Shown here piece by piece: positions 1-8,901 of a stretch of 59,820 bases of DNA (positions are counted from its first letter, which is position 1; each line of letters opens with the position of its first letter). The DNA is from Bacilli bacterium (GTDB taxonomy: Bacteria > Bacillota_I > Bacilli_A > RF39 > UBA660), in contig JBJEDY010000023.1 of assembly GCA_051872535.1 (NCBI GenBank), positions 1-59,820 of the forward strand. Reading direction: 5' to 3'. Under the pieces are notes generated by a model that made no database searches, was not told the DNA's origin, and saw only the letters and a list, made by a program, of their open reading frames with translations. Position numbers and translations under genes: made by a program.

Positions 1-473
1 ACTATTTGTTCAATGACGTTACTAAGTGATGTAGGAAACATCTTTTGTTTCCCGAAAAAATACCCCTTTAAAATAGAAGAAATTGAAATAAATGGAATTG
101 TCACTAAACTACAAATAAGAAGCCCGTATACAAGAGGTTCATGGAGTAAATAAATACTTATTGGTTTACTAAGCAATATAACACCAGTAATAAAAATTAA
201 ATTTGTTATAACAGCAATGAATAAAGCACTAACACCGATTGTTTTACTATTATATTTAGATGAACTAACAAGTCTACTTATTGATAAAGGTAGAGCAAAT
301 AAAGCAATACTTGATACTAAACTAAATGTTGGCATTACTAAATTATATAAAGACATACCATATTCGCCAATACATCTCGTATAGACTACTCTTATAACCA
401 TTCCTAAAATTTTTGTAATAAAACCAGCTACTAGAAGTGTAAAAGCAGATGTAATAAATTTATTCTTTCGCAT
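1..473 (-). CDS. spoVB: SpoVB/MurJ-type (MOP superfamily) flippase, N-terminal part; the gene runs off the left edge
   Basis: Hand translation from the ATG at 473 gives MRKNKFITSAFTLLVAGFITKILGMVIRVVYTRCIGEYGMSLYNLVMPTF..., a multi-TM SpoVB/polysaccharide-biosynthesis N-terminus. It is divergent from a comN-like gene, as in B. subtilis. Confidence 0.55.
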   Translation of the reverse strand, partial: MRKNKFITSAFTLLVAGFITKILGMVIRVVYTRCIGEYGMSLYNLVMPTFSLVSSIALFALPLSISRLVSSSKYNSKTIGVSALFIAVITNLIFITGVILLSKPISIYLLHEPLVYGLLICSLVTIPFISISSILKGYFFGKQKMFPTSLSNVIEQI

Positions 474-548
474 AATGACTCCTTTTATAAAATTCGAAAT
501 TGTTATATAATAAATATATGCAGAAATATTAATAAATAGGTGAATTGT

Positions 549-842
549 ATGAATGACTTAAAGTTTGGATCCTTAAAAGAAGTATATGATCGAGTATTAC
601 CAGCACTTCGTTCGAAAGTAAAAGAATTAAAACATGATAAAATTACATATATTAAAGAAGAAGATATTTGGAATACTCTTAAAAATAATAAATGGATAAA
701 ATGTACATCATTAAGTTTAGCTGAAATGGTTGACGATATTTTAAACACTGATGCAAACACATTTGTTGAATATGTTCACTATAATGTAGCTAAAAGTGAA
801 GTTGAACCAAACACTGAAGGAAGTAGTATAATAAAAAATTAG
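549..842 (+). CDS. comN: ComN-like post-transcriptional regulator (YrzD family)
   Basis: The 97-aa ORF has an ...EEDIWNTLKNNKWIK...LAEMVDDILN... pattern typical of ComN. SD AGGTGA lies 6 nt before the ATG at 549; the track start at 540 is a GTG inside the SD. The spoVB neighbourhood supports the call. Confidence 0.55.
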   Translation: MNDLKFGSLKEVYDRVLPALRSKVKELKHDKITYIKEEDIWNTLKNNKWIKCTSLSLAEMVDDILNTDANTFVEYVHYNVAKSEVEPNTEGSSIIKN

Positions 843-862
843 AAAGAAGAAAAAAATATTGA

Positions 863-871
863 TGATATAAT
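863..871 (+). promoter_or_regulatory. Extended -10 (TGATATAAT) upstream of rel
   Basis: A TGnTATAAT match lies ~37 nt upstream of the rel start. No clear -35 was found. Confidence 0.35.
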
Positions 872-907
872 CTTAGAATAAAAAAGTAAATAATAAGGAG
901 AAACAAG

Positions 908-3070
908 ATGGATAATAAAAATACAACAATTTATACATATGAAGAACTTTATGAGAAAATAAAAAATTTTATTGTAGCTGATGAAGAACTTGATGCAATC
1001 CATAAAGCTTATTTGTATGCCGAAGAAAAACATAAGGATAGAGTAAGACTTAATAAAGATCCATATATTGCTCATCCTTTATCAGTAGCATATATTCTAG
1101 CTGATTTAAATGTTGATTATATAACAATCATCGGCGCTTTGCTTCATGAAACTGTAAATCATTCTAGCGGAACAATTGAGGAAATTGAAAATCTTTTTGG
1201 TAGTGAAGTAGCTAAAATAGTCAATTCTATCAGTAAAATTAACAAACTTGAACTAAATGATGATAAAGAGCAATCAGCATCTCACTTAAGAAAAGTACTA
1301 GTTGGATTATCTGAGGATGTTCGAGTTTTATTTATAAAATTAGCTGATCGTCTCCATAATATGCGAACAATTTGGGCTTTAACACCTGAAGAACAAAAAC
1401 ATAAAGCAAATGAAACAATGTCAGTTTTAATACCAATTGCCCATCGATTAGGTATCAATTCTATTAAAAGTGAGCTTGAAGACTTATCATTAAAATACTT
1501 AAATCCTGAAGCTTATTATGACATTTTAGAAAGATTAGATGACTCTTACGAGAAATTAAACGGTTATATAAATGAAATGAAACAAAGCATTAGTGATATC
1601 CTTACTGATGCAGGTTTATCATTTAAAATTAAAGGACGTGTAAAATCAATTCATAGTCTATATAACAAACTTTCAACTGGGAAGAAATGGGAAAATATTT
1701 ATGATATTTTAGCATTAAGGGTTTTTGTTGAAAAAGAAAGTGAATGTTACTTAGTAATTGGTTTAATTCATTCTAAATTCCGTCCAATTCCAAAAAGATT
1801 TAAGGATTATATTGCCATGCCAAAAGAAAATATGTATCAAAGTCTTCATACGACTGTATTTGGAATTGAAGGTCAGACTTTTGAAATTCAAGTTCGTACT
1901 TATGAAATGGACGAAATAGCTGAAAAAGGAATTGCATCACACTGGTCATACAAAGAAAAGGGTACACAAAAAATCCAAAACATTATGGAACAAAAACTAG
2001 AAATGTTCCGAAATATAATTGATGCAAATAAAGATGCTACATCAGACCTAGAATTTGCCGAAAATTTAAATCGTGAGTTCCTAACTGATTTAATATATTG
2101 TTTTACTCCAAAAGGTGATGTTGTCGAACTACCAAGTGGATCTACTCCCGTTGACTTTGCTTATCGAATTCATTCCAAAGTTGGAGATACAACTGTTGGG
2201 GCAATTGTAAATGATAATATTGTCCCTTTAGACTATCAATTGAATGATAGTGATATTGTTAAGATTAATACAAATCAAAATAGCAAACCAAACAAAGAAT
2301 GGTTAAATTTTGTTAAAACTAGTCAAGCTAAAAACAAAATAAAATCTTATTTTAGTAAACAAGATCGTTTAGATTATATCGAAAAAGGGCAAGATCTTTT
2401 AGAAAAAGAAATAAGAAGAAGAAAACTTTCAATATCTGAGGTACTAACTACCGAAAATTTAAAGAAAGTTATTAAAGATTTAAAATTAATAGATGAAGAC
2501 GATTTATACTTATCAGTTGGGGCATTACGTTTTACAGCTGGATATATAATAAATCTAATTTATGAAGATAAAAAAAATGTTCAAGATATGTTACTTGAGA
2601 AAGTTCTTAACGGAACTAGAACATCTAACACAAGGAATAAAAATGATATTATAGTTGCTGGAATTGATAATATTTTAGTGAATCTCGCCAAGTGTTGTAA
2701 ACCTGTTAAAGGCGATAAAATAAAAGGATATATTACAAAAGGACAAGGTATTACAATCCATAAGGAAGATTGTCATAATATTAACGAATCTGAAAGATTA
2801 ATTGATGTTGAATGGAATAATAATAATGAAAATGAATATTTAACTGATTTAGAAATTGAAGTATTAAGTGGCAAAAACCAATTACTAGAAATTATTACAA
2901 AGGCAACTCAAAAAAATATTTATATTGAATCGGTAAATACAAATGAAACAGATGATAAAATTATCTATTCTATAACTGTAAAAATAAAAAATGTTAGTGT
3001 ATTGGAACCATTTATTAATGAATTATATTCATTGCCATTTGTCAAAAAAGTAGAAAGAAAAATAAAATAA
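908..3070 (+). CDS. rel: Long RelA/SpoT-homolog (p)ppGpp synthetase; the hydrolase motif is degenerate
   Basis: 720 aa. An HD-like N-domain is followed by synthetase motifs (GRVKSIHSLYNKL, RFKDYIAMPK, YQSLHT, EIQVRT) and TGS and ACT-like C-terminal regions. SD AAGGAG is present. Confidence 0.95.
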   Translation: MDNKNTTIYTYEELYEKIKNFIVADEELDAIHKAYLYAEEKHKDRVRLNKDPYIAHPLSVAYILADLNVDYITIIGALLHETVNHSSGTIEEIENLFGSEVAKIVNSISKINKLELNDDKEQSASHLRKVLVGLSEDVRVLFIKLADRLHNMRTIWALTPEEQKHKANETMSVLIPIAHRLGINSIKSELEDLSLKYLNPEAYYDILERLDDSYEKLNGYINEMKQSISDILTDAGLSFKIKGRVKSIHSLYNKLSTGKKWENIYDILALRVFVEKESECYLVIGLIHSKFRPIPKRFKDYIAMPKENMYQSLHTTVFGIEGQTFEIQVRTYEMDEIAEKGIASHWSYKEKGTQKIQNIMEQKLEMFRNIIDANKDATSDLEFAENLNREFLTDLIYCFTPKGDVVELPSGSTPVDFAYRIHSKVGDTTVGAIVNDNIVPLDYQLNDSDIVKINTNQNSKPNKEWLNFVKTSQAKNKIKSYFSKQDRLDYIEKGQDLLEKEIRRRKLSISEVLTTENLKKVIKDLKLIDEDDLYLSVGALRFTAGYIINLIYEDKKNVQDMLLEKVLNGTRTSNTRNKNDIIVAGIDNILVNLAKCCKPVKGDKIKGYITKGQGITIHKEDCHNINESERLIDVEWNNNNENEYLTDLEIEVLSGKNQLLEIITKATQKNIYIESVNTNETDDKIIYSITVKIKNVSVLEPFINELYSLPFVKKVERKIK

Positions 3071-3513
3071 TGCGTATTGTAGTTCAAAGAAGTAAAAAAA
3101 GTAGTGTTTCAGTAAATAGTAAAATCATTAACGAAATTGATCATGGATTAGTTTTATTAGTTGGAGTAACATCAACTGATAACGATTCTGATATTGATTA
3201 TTTAGTAAATAAAGTACTAAATTTACGTATATTCGATGATGAAAATGGTGTTATGAATAAAAGCATATTAGATGTAGGCGGTAGTATTTTAAGTATCTCT
3301 CAGTTTACATTATATGCAGATACCAAAAAAGGAAATCGTCCATCTTATATAAATGCTGCAAAAGGAGATTTTGCTAAACCAATATACGAAAAATTTAATG
3401 CTAAATTAAATGAAAAAATAAAAACACTACCAGGAGTGTTTGGTGCTTATATGCAATTAAATATTAATAATGATGGTCCAATAACTATAATTCTTGATAG
3501 TCAAAATAAGTAA
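3070..3513 (+). CDS. dtd: D-aminoacyl-tRNA deacylase
   Basis: 147 aa with MRIVVQR...GLVLLVGV...SQFTLYADTKKGNRPS... typical of Dtd. Its start overlaps the rel stop (TAATG). The rel-dtd-hisS-aspS order matches B. subtilis. Confidence 0.9.
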   Translation: MRIVVQRSKKSSVSVNSKIINEIDHGLVLLVGVTSTDNDSDIDYLVNKVLNLRIFDDENGVMNKSILDVGGSILSISQFTLYADTKKGNRPSYINAAKGDFAKPIYEKFNAKLNEKIKTLPGVFGAYMQLNINNDGPITIILDSQNK

Positions 3514-3557
3514 GTAATTTCAATTTGCGTTATTAACAAAAATAATAACAAAATATA

Positions 3558-3587
3558 TTGACTAAATTATATAAAATAAGGTAAAAT
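3558..3587 (+). promoter_or_regulatory. Sigma-A type promoter of the T-box leader/hisS operon
   Basis: TTGACT (3558-3563), an 18-nt spacer, then TAAAAT (3582-3587). Confidence 0.5.
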
Positions 3588-3593
3588 ACACAT

Positions 3594-3806
3594 ATAGATT
3601 TTCTATTGAAAGACAAGTAATATATTATTATTTATTAAAGAGAAGGCTAGCTGGTGAAAATGCCAAATAAATATATATATGAAATAACAACTTTCATTTA
3701 TAGAAAAACGCACTTAAAGCGATAAAATATGGATTTGAGAGTACCTAGTAAAGTAAGGTGGCACCGCGGATTTATTTCGTCCTTACATTATTAGGTCTTT
3801 TTATTT
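3594..3806 (+). promoter_or_regulatory. T-box riboswitch leader with intrinsic terminator
   Basis: Stem I base pairs TGAAAG (3607-12) with CTTTCA (3691-96). The S-turn halves are AGTA (3616-19) and GAA (3681-83), and the AGAGA box is at 3639-43. The T-box sequence is GGTGGCACCGCGG (3757-69). The terminator arms are CCTAGTAAAGTAAGG (3744-58) and CCTTACATTATTAGG (3781-95), followed by a T-run. Confidence 0.85.
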
Positions 3807-3821
3807 AAAGGAGAGAATTAA

Positions 3822-5072
3822 ATGATAACAAAACCAAAAGGAACAATGGACATTTATGGAGAAGCTGCTAAAAAAAGACAATATGTAAATGATTTACTAG
3901 CATCAATTTGCGAAAAATATAACTACACTTATATTGAAACACCAGTATTTGAATCTAGTGAATTGTTTCACCGAGGTGTTGGCGAATCTACTGATATGGT
4001 TCAAAAAGAGACATATGATTTTAAAGATCGAGGAGAAAGATATTTAACACTAAGACCAGAAGGAACTGCTGGAGTTGTAAGATGGTTCATTGAGAATAAA
4101 TTATATGGAAATTTAACTGATCCAGTAAAAGTATTTTATAATATGAAAATGTACAGATATGAAAGACCTCAAAGCGGTAGAAATAGAGAATTTACTCAAT
4201 GGGGATTTGAATGTTTTGGTAGTGATGATGTTCTAGCTGATGCTGAAGTTATCTCTTTAGCTTATAACGCTTATCGATTATTAGGGTTAGATGATGTAAC
4301 TATAAAATTGAATTCATTAGGTGACGTAGAATCAAGAAATAATTATAGAAACGCTTTATTTAATTATCTTAAACCTAATATAAATAATTTATGTGAGGAT
4401 TGTCAAAGCAGATTAGAAAAAAATCCATTAAGAATACTGGATTGTAAAGTTGACGCTAATAATGAAATTTTAAAAAATGCCCCAAAAACTTTGGATTATT
4501 TAAATGATGAATCAAAAAATAGATTTAACAAATTATTAGAATTATTAGATTTAATGGATATTAATTATGAAATAGATACAAACTTAGTAAGAGGTTTAGA
4601 TTATTATAATCACACAGTATTTGAGGTTGTTTTAAATAACTCATATGCCTTAGGTGGTGGTGGAAGATATAATGGTTTGGTTGAAACATTAGGAGGTCCA
4701 AGCATTCCAGGAGTTGGTTTTGCTATGGGCTATGATAGAACTATTTTAGCTATGGAAGAAAATGGCGTTAATATTCCAATAAACAATTCTATAGATGCCT
4801 ATATTTTATATGTTTCTGAAAGTGAAAAAGAAACTGCTGCTTATTTAGCTCAAGACTTAAGATTAAATGGTTTAATAGTTGAAACTGATTTGATGAATAA
4901 ATCATTAAAAGCACAATTTAAAAGTGTTGATAGATTTAATTCTAAATATTTTATAATACTAAATGATGATAAGTTAAAGAATAATAAAGTAACTATTAAA
5001 GATAATAAAACAAAAGAAGAAGCAGAAATTGATTTAAACAATATAATTGATTATTTAGATATGCAAATTTAA
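3822..5072 (+). CDS. hisS: Histidyl-tRNA synthetase
   Basis: 416 aa with class II HisRS motifs (YRYERPQSGRNREFTQ, GGGGRYNGL, GFAMGYDR). SD AAAGGAGAG is present. Confidence 0.95.
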   Translation: MITKPKGTMDIYGEAAKKRQYVNDLLASICEKYNYTYIETPVFESSELFHRGVGESTDMVQKETYDFKDRGERYLTLRPEGTAGVVRWFIENKLYGNLTDPVKVFYNMKMYRYERPQSGRNREFTQWGFECFGSDDVLADAEVISLAYNAYRLLGLDDVTIKLNSLGDVESRNNYRNALFNYLKPNINNLCEDCQSRLEKNPLRILDCKVDANNEILKNAPKTLDYLNDESKNRFNKLLELLDLMDINYEIDTNLVRGLDYYNHTVFEVVLNNSYALGGGGRYNGLVETLGGPSIPGVGFAMGYDRTILAMEENGVNIPINNSIDAYILYVSESEKETAAYLAQDLRLNGLIVETDLMNKSLKAQFKSVDRFNSKYFIILNDDKLKNNKVTIKDNKTKEEAEIDLNNIIDYLDMQI

Positions 5073-5085
5073 GGAGGAACACGTT

Positions 5086-6846
5086 ATGGAAAAAATATAT
5101 AATGATACTGTTAATATTAATTCTATTGGTCAAACAGTTACTCTTGAAGGATGGGTTGCTAAAAAACGTGATCTAGGTGGTTTAATATTTATTGATTTAA
5201 GAGATAGAACTGGTATTATTCAAATTGTAGTTAGACCAGAGAATAAAAATTATAAAATTGCTGATAGTTTAAAAAATGAATATGTAATAAAAGTAGTAGG
5301 TAAAGTTACTGAACGAGAAAGTAAAAATGCCAATTTAAAAACTGGTGAAATTGAAATAGAAGCTGATGTAATAGAAATTCTAAATTCATGTGATGAATTA
5401 CCTTTTACAATTACTGATGAAGTAAATACATCTGAAGATAATAGATTAAAATATAGATATCTAGATATAAGAAGAAATAAGTTAAAAAATAATCTCCTTT
5501 TAAGAGCAGAAATTTTACATTATTTAAGAAATAAAATGTACGACAATGGTTTTACTGAAATTCAAACTCCAATATTAACTGCATCTAGTCCTGAAGGTGC
5601 AAGAGATTTTGTTGTACCTTCTCGTGTTTTTCCAGGTAAGTTTTATGCCTTACCACAAGCACCTCAAATTTATAAAGAATTATTAATGGTTGGAGGATTA
5701 GAAAGATATTTTCAAATTGCTCCTTGCTTTAGAGATGAAGATCCTCGAGCTGATAGAACTTTAGAGTTTTATCAATTAGATTTAGAGATGTCTTTCGTTA
5801 ACGAAGACGATGTATTAAATGTTGGTGAGGAAATATTTTATGATACATTTACAAAATTCAGTAATAAAAAAGTATCTCCAAGACCATTTAGAAGAATATC
5901 TTATAGAGATGCAATAGATATGTATGGTTCTGATAAACCAGATTTAAGATTTGAAATGACTATTCAGGACATTACAAGTATATTTAAAAATACGGAATTT
6001 ACTATATTTAAAAATATTATTGAAGAAAAAGGTATTATAAATTGTATTGTAGTTAAAAATGCTGCAGATAAATATTCTAGAAAAGACTTAGATAAATTAA
6101 CTGAGTTTGCTAAATCTAAAAAAGCTTCAGGATTAGCATATTTAAAAATAGATGATGAAATTACAGGAAGTATTGCAAAAGTAGTAAATGAAGATGAAAT
6201 AAAATTATTAAAAGAACAATTAAGATTAGAAAATAATGATTTAATATTAATTATTTCAGGAACTAAAAAGATTGTAAAAAATGTTCTTGGCCAATTAAGA
6301 TTAAATGTTGCTAATACTTTAGGTTTAATTGATCCTAATAGATTAGAATTATGTATTATCAATGATTTTCCTATGTTTGAATATGATGAAAAAGAAGATA
6401 AATGGGATTTCTGCCATAATCCATTTAGTTTGCCTCATGGTGGAATTCATGCCTACGACAATCCAGATGATTTAGAAAACATTTTAGCTTACCAATTTGA
6501 TTTTGTATGTAATGGTAATGAAATGGCATCAGGTGCTATTAGAAACCACGATTTAGATTCATTAGCAAAAGGATTTGAAATAGTTGGATATTCTAGAGAA
6601 GAAGTAGAAGAAAGATTCAAATCAATATTTACAGCATTTAAATATGGTTGTCCTCCCCATGGCGGTATGGCTCCTGGTATTGATAGATTAATAATGTTAA
6701 TCCAAGATGAACCTAATTTAAGAGAAGTTCAAGCATTCCCTCCATCTGCTAGTGGACAAGATTTAATGATGGGAAGTCCTGCTAAGTTAACAGAACAACA
6801 ATTAGAGGAATTAAAAATATATTTTAAAGAAGAGGAAGGAGAATAG
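5086..6846 (+). CDS. aspS: Aspartyl-tRNA synthetase, bacterial type, copy 1
   Basis: 586 aa with an OB anticodon-binding domain, motifs FYALPQAPQ and QIAPCFRDED, a GAD insertion domain and GGMAPGIDRL. SD AAGGAGGA is present. Confidence 0.95.
   Translation: MEKIYNDTVNINSIGQTVTLEGWVAKKRDLGGLIFIDLRDRTGIIQIVVRPENKNYKIADSLKNEYVIKVVGKVTERESKNANLKTGEIEIEADVIEILNSCDELPFTITDEVNTSEDNRLKYRYLDIRRNKLKNNLLLRAEILHYLRNKMYDNGFTEIQTPILTASSPEGARDFVVPSRVFPGKFYALPQAPQIYKELLMVGGLERYFQIAPCFRDEDPRADRTLEFYQLDLEMSFVNEDDVLNVGEEIFYDTFTKFSNKKVSPRPFRRISYRDAIDMYGSDKPDLRFEMTIQDITSIFKNTEFTIFKNIIEEKGIINCIVVKNAADKYSRKDLDKLTEFAKSKKASGLAYLKIDDEITGSIAKVVNEDEIKLLKEQLRLENNDLILIISGTKKIVKNVLGQLRLNVANTLGLIDPNRLELCIINDFPMFEYDEKEDKWDFCHNPFSLPHGGIHAYDNPDDLENILAYQFDFVCNGNEMASGAIRNHDLDSLAKGFEIVGYSREEVEERFKSIFTAFKYGCPPHGGMAPGIDRLIMLIQDEPNLREVQAFPPSASGQDLMMGSPAKLTEQQLEELKIYFKEEEGE
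6484..6740 (+). repeat. 257-bp block identical to 8244..8500 (3' catalytic-core segment of both aspS copies)
   Basis: Direct reading: the strings from TTAGCTTACCAATTTGATTTTG... to ...GAAGTTCAAGCATTCCC are the same at an offset of 1760 bp. The flanking codons differ. Confidence 0.9.
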
Positions 6847-6851
6847 TTATA

Positions 6852-8609
6852 ATGAATAAATATAGAACACATTATATTAAAGATATTAATGAATCATTAG
6901 TTAACGAAAAAGTTGTAGTAAGTGGTTGGATTGAAAATATTCGTGATCATGGTGGAATTTTATTCTTAGATTTAAGAGATGAAACATCTACATTACAAAC
7001 TGTATCAAATAACGATGATATGTTTAAAGGATTAGCCAAAGAATCAGTTATCAAACTAACTGGTACAATAAGAAAAAGAACTGAAGGTACAGAAAATGAA
7101 AGAATAAGTACAGGAACAGTTGAACTATTAGTTGATGATCTTGAAATGTTAGGGGAATCAGTCCATGATTTACCATTTGAAATAATGACATCTAAAGACA
7201 CAAAAGATGATGTAAGATTAAAATATAGATATTTAGATTTAAGAAATGAAAAAGTTGCTAAAAACATTAAATTAAGAAGTGATATTTTACATTTCTTAAG
7301 AAATAAAATGCATGATTTAGGTTTTACAGAAGTTCAAACTCCAATTCTAACTGCATCTAGTCCTGAAGGTGCAAGAGATTTCGTTGTACCATCAAGATTA
7401 TTTAAAGGAAAATTCTATGCCTTACCACAAGCACCTCAAATTTATAAAGAATTATTAATGGTTGGTGGTATGGGGAAATACTTTCAAATAGCTCCTTGTT
7501 TTAGAGATGAAGACGCTCGCGCCGATAGAACATTAGAATTTTATCAATTAGACTTAGAAATGTCATTTGTTGAAGAGGATGAAGTATTATCTATTGGAGA
7601 ACAAATTTTCTATGAAACATTTAGTAAATTTTCTGATAAAGAAGTAACTAAACCTCCTTTTAAAAGAATAGCTTATAAAGATGCTATGGAAAATTATGGT
7701 TCAGATAAACCAGATTTAAGAAATCCATTAATTATTAAAGATGCTACGGAAACTTTAAAAGATACAACTTTCGGGCCATTCAAAAATAGTACAATTAAAG
7801 TAATAGTAGTAGATGATATTGGTACTAATTCAAACTCTTGGTTCAATGAAATAGTTGATTATGCATCAAGTATTGGAATGCCAGGAATTGGATATATTAC
7901 ATTAATGGAAGATGGTACTTTAAAGGGACCTATTGATAAATTCTTAAGTGAATCTGAAAGAGCCTGCTTAATTAATAATTTCAATATGAAAACAAATTCA
8001 GTTATGTTCTTTATAGCAAATAGAAATAAAAAACAAGCTCAAAAATTCGCTGGTCTTATAAGAAATGAATTAGGAAAAAAATGTGAACTTATTAATCCTA
8101 ATAAATTAGAACTATGTATTATAAATGATTTCCCTATGTTCGAATATGATGATATACATAAAAAATATGAATTCTGTCATAATCCATTTAGTTTACCTCA
8201 TGGGGGAATAGAAGATTATAATAATAAAGAAATAGATGATATCTTAGCTTACCAATTTGATTTTGTATGTAATGGTAATGAAATGGCATCAGGTGCTATT
8301 AGAAACCACGATTTAGATTCATTAGCAAAAGGATTTGAAATAGTTGGATATTCTAGAGAAGAAGTAGAAGAAAGATTCAAATCAATATTTACAGCATTTA
8401 AATATGGTTGTCCTCCCCATGGCGGTATGGCTCCTGGTATTGATAGATTAATAATGTTAATCCAAGATGAACCTAATTTAAGAGAAGTTCAAGCATTCCC
8501 AACTAGTGCAAGTGGTGCCGATTTAATGATGGGTTCTCCTTCTGAGTTAACAAGCACTCAATTAGAAGAATTAGGAATATCTATAGTAAAGGATGAGGAA
8601 AATGAATAG
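6852..8609 (+). CDS. aspS: Aspartyl-tRNA synthetase, bacterial type, copy 2 (tandem paralog)
   Basis: 585 aa with the same architecture as copy 1. It starts 5 nt after the stop of copy 1, and the GAD insertion domain is strongly diverged. Confidence 0.9.
   Translation: MNKYRTHYIKDINESLVNEKVVVSGWIENIRDHGGILFLDLRDETSTLQTVSNNDDMFKGLAKESVIKLTGTIRKRTEGTENERISTGTVELLVDDLEMLGESVHDLPFEIMTSKDTKDDVRLKYRYLDLRNEKVAKNIKLRSDILHFLRNKMHDLGFTEVQTPILTASSPEGARDFVVPSRLFKGKFYALPQAPQIYKELLMVGGMGKYFQIAPCFRDEDARADRTLEFYQLDLEMSFVEEDEVLSIGEQIFYETFSKFSDKEVTKPPFKRIAYKDAMENYGSDKPDLRNPLIIKDATETLKDTTFGPFKNSTIKVIVVDDIGTNSNSWFNEIVDYASSIGMPGIGYITLMEDGTLKGPIDKFLSESERACLINNFNMKTNSVMFFIANRNKKQAQKFAGLIRNELGKKCELINPNKLELCIINDFPMFEYDDIHKKYEFCHNPFSLPHGGIEDYNNKEIDDILAYQFDFVCNGNEMASGAIRNHDLDSLAKGFEIVGYSREEVEERFKSIFTAFKYGCPPHGGMAPGIDRLIMLIQDEPNLREVQAFPTSASGADLMMGSPSELTSTQLEELGISIVKDEENE
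8244..8500 (+). repeat. Second copy of the 257-bp identical aspS block
   Basis: Same as 6484..6740. Confidence 0.9.
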
Positions 8610-8901
8610 TGGATTTACTAAAGAAAAAGTGGAAAAATTAGCCGATTTACTAATGATTGGCCTTACTGAAGAAGAAACTGCTATGGTATTCGAAGAATTT
8701 GAAGTAATAGATCATAACATCAATAAAATAAATGAAATAGAAAATATTAAAGAGGTCAAACCTATGACACATGCATTAGATGATTTTGAATATGAATTAA
8801 GAGAAGATAAAACTGAAGAATCTATTCCAGTTGATGATGCACTAGCTAATTGTGATGACAAAGAAGGTAGAGAAATATCACTACCAAAGGTGGTGGGATA
8901 A
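8602..8901 (+). CDS. gatC: Asp/Glu-tRNA amidotransferase subunit C
   Basis: ~99 aa with ...LADLLMIGLTEEE...MVFEEF.. typical of GatC. The ATG at 8602 has AAGGA 8 nt upstream (the track ATG at 8593 has none). It overlaps the aspS2 stop and is followed by gatA/gatB. Confidence 0.85.
   Translation: MNSGFTKEKVEKLADLLMIGLTEEETAMVFEEFEVIDHNINKINEIENIKEVKPMTHALDDFEYELREDKTEESIPVDDALANCDDKEGREISLPKVVG

Noticed and set aside
3711-3713. CAC triplet as a His specifier codon for the hisS T-box
   Set aside because: It sits in the loop of a small hairpin (CGC-ACTTAAA-GCG) downstream of Stem I, not in the specifier loop. The UGGC bulge also does not match a C73 tRNA-His.
5964-6362. Antisense ORFs inside aspS. 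Similar cases in the track are 503..760, 839..1075, 4850..5041, 6947..7267, 8712..8936, 9683..9877, 10176..10433, 10514..10738, 10847..11029, 12937..13146, 14544..14747, 16360..16632, 27659..27853, 29694..29990, 36821..37081, 37470..37706, 38519..38851, 39427..39726, 42837..43085, 43853..44047, 44353..44574, 44739..44936, 48274..48504, 55595..55819, 57053..57238 and 57466..57660.
   Set aside because: All lie opposite much longer ORFs with clear family motifs. They lack Shine-Dalgarno sequences and have the I/L/F/S-rich composition typical of stop-poor reverse frames in AT-rich DNA.
8244-8500. The identical 257-bp block as an assembly duplication artefact or an IS fragment
   Set aside because: The block is in frame in two otherwise diverged full-length genes, and the flanks differ immediately on both sides. 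Gene conversion therefore fits better, but read-level confirmation is still needed.
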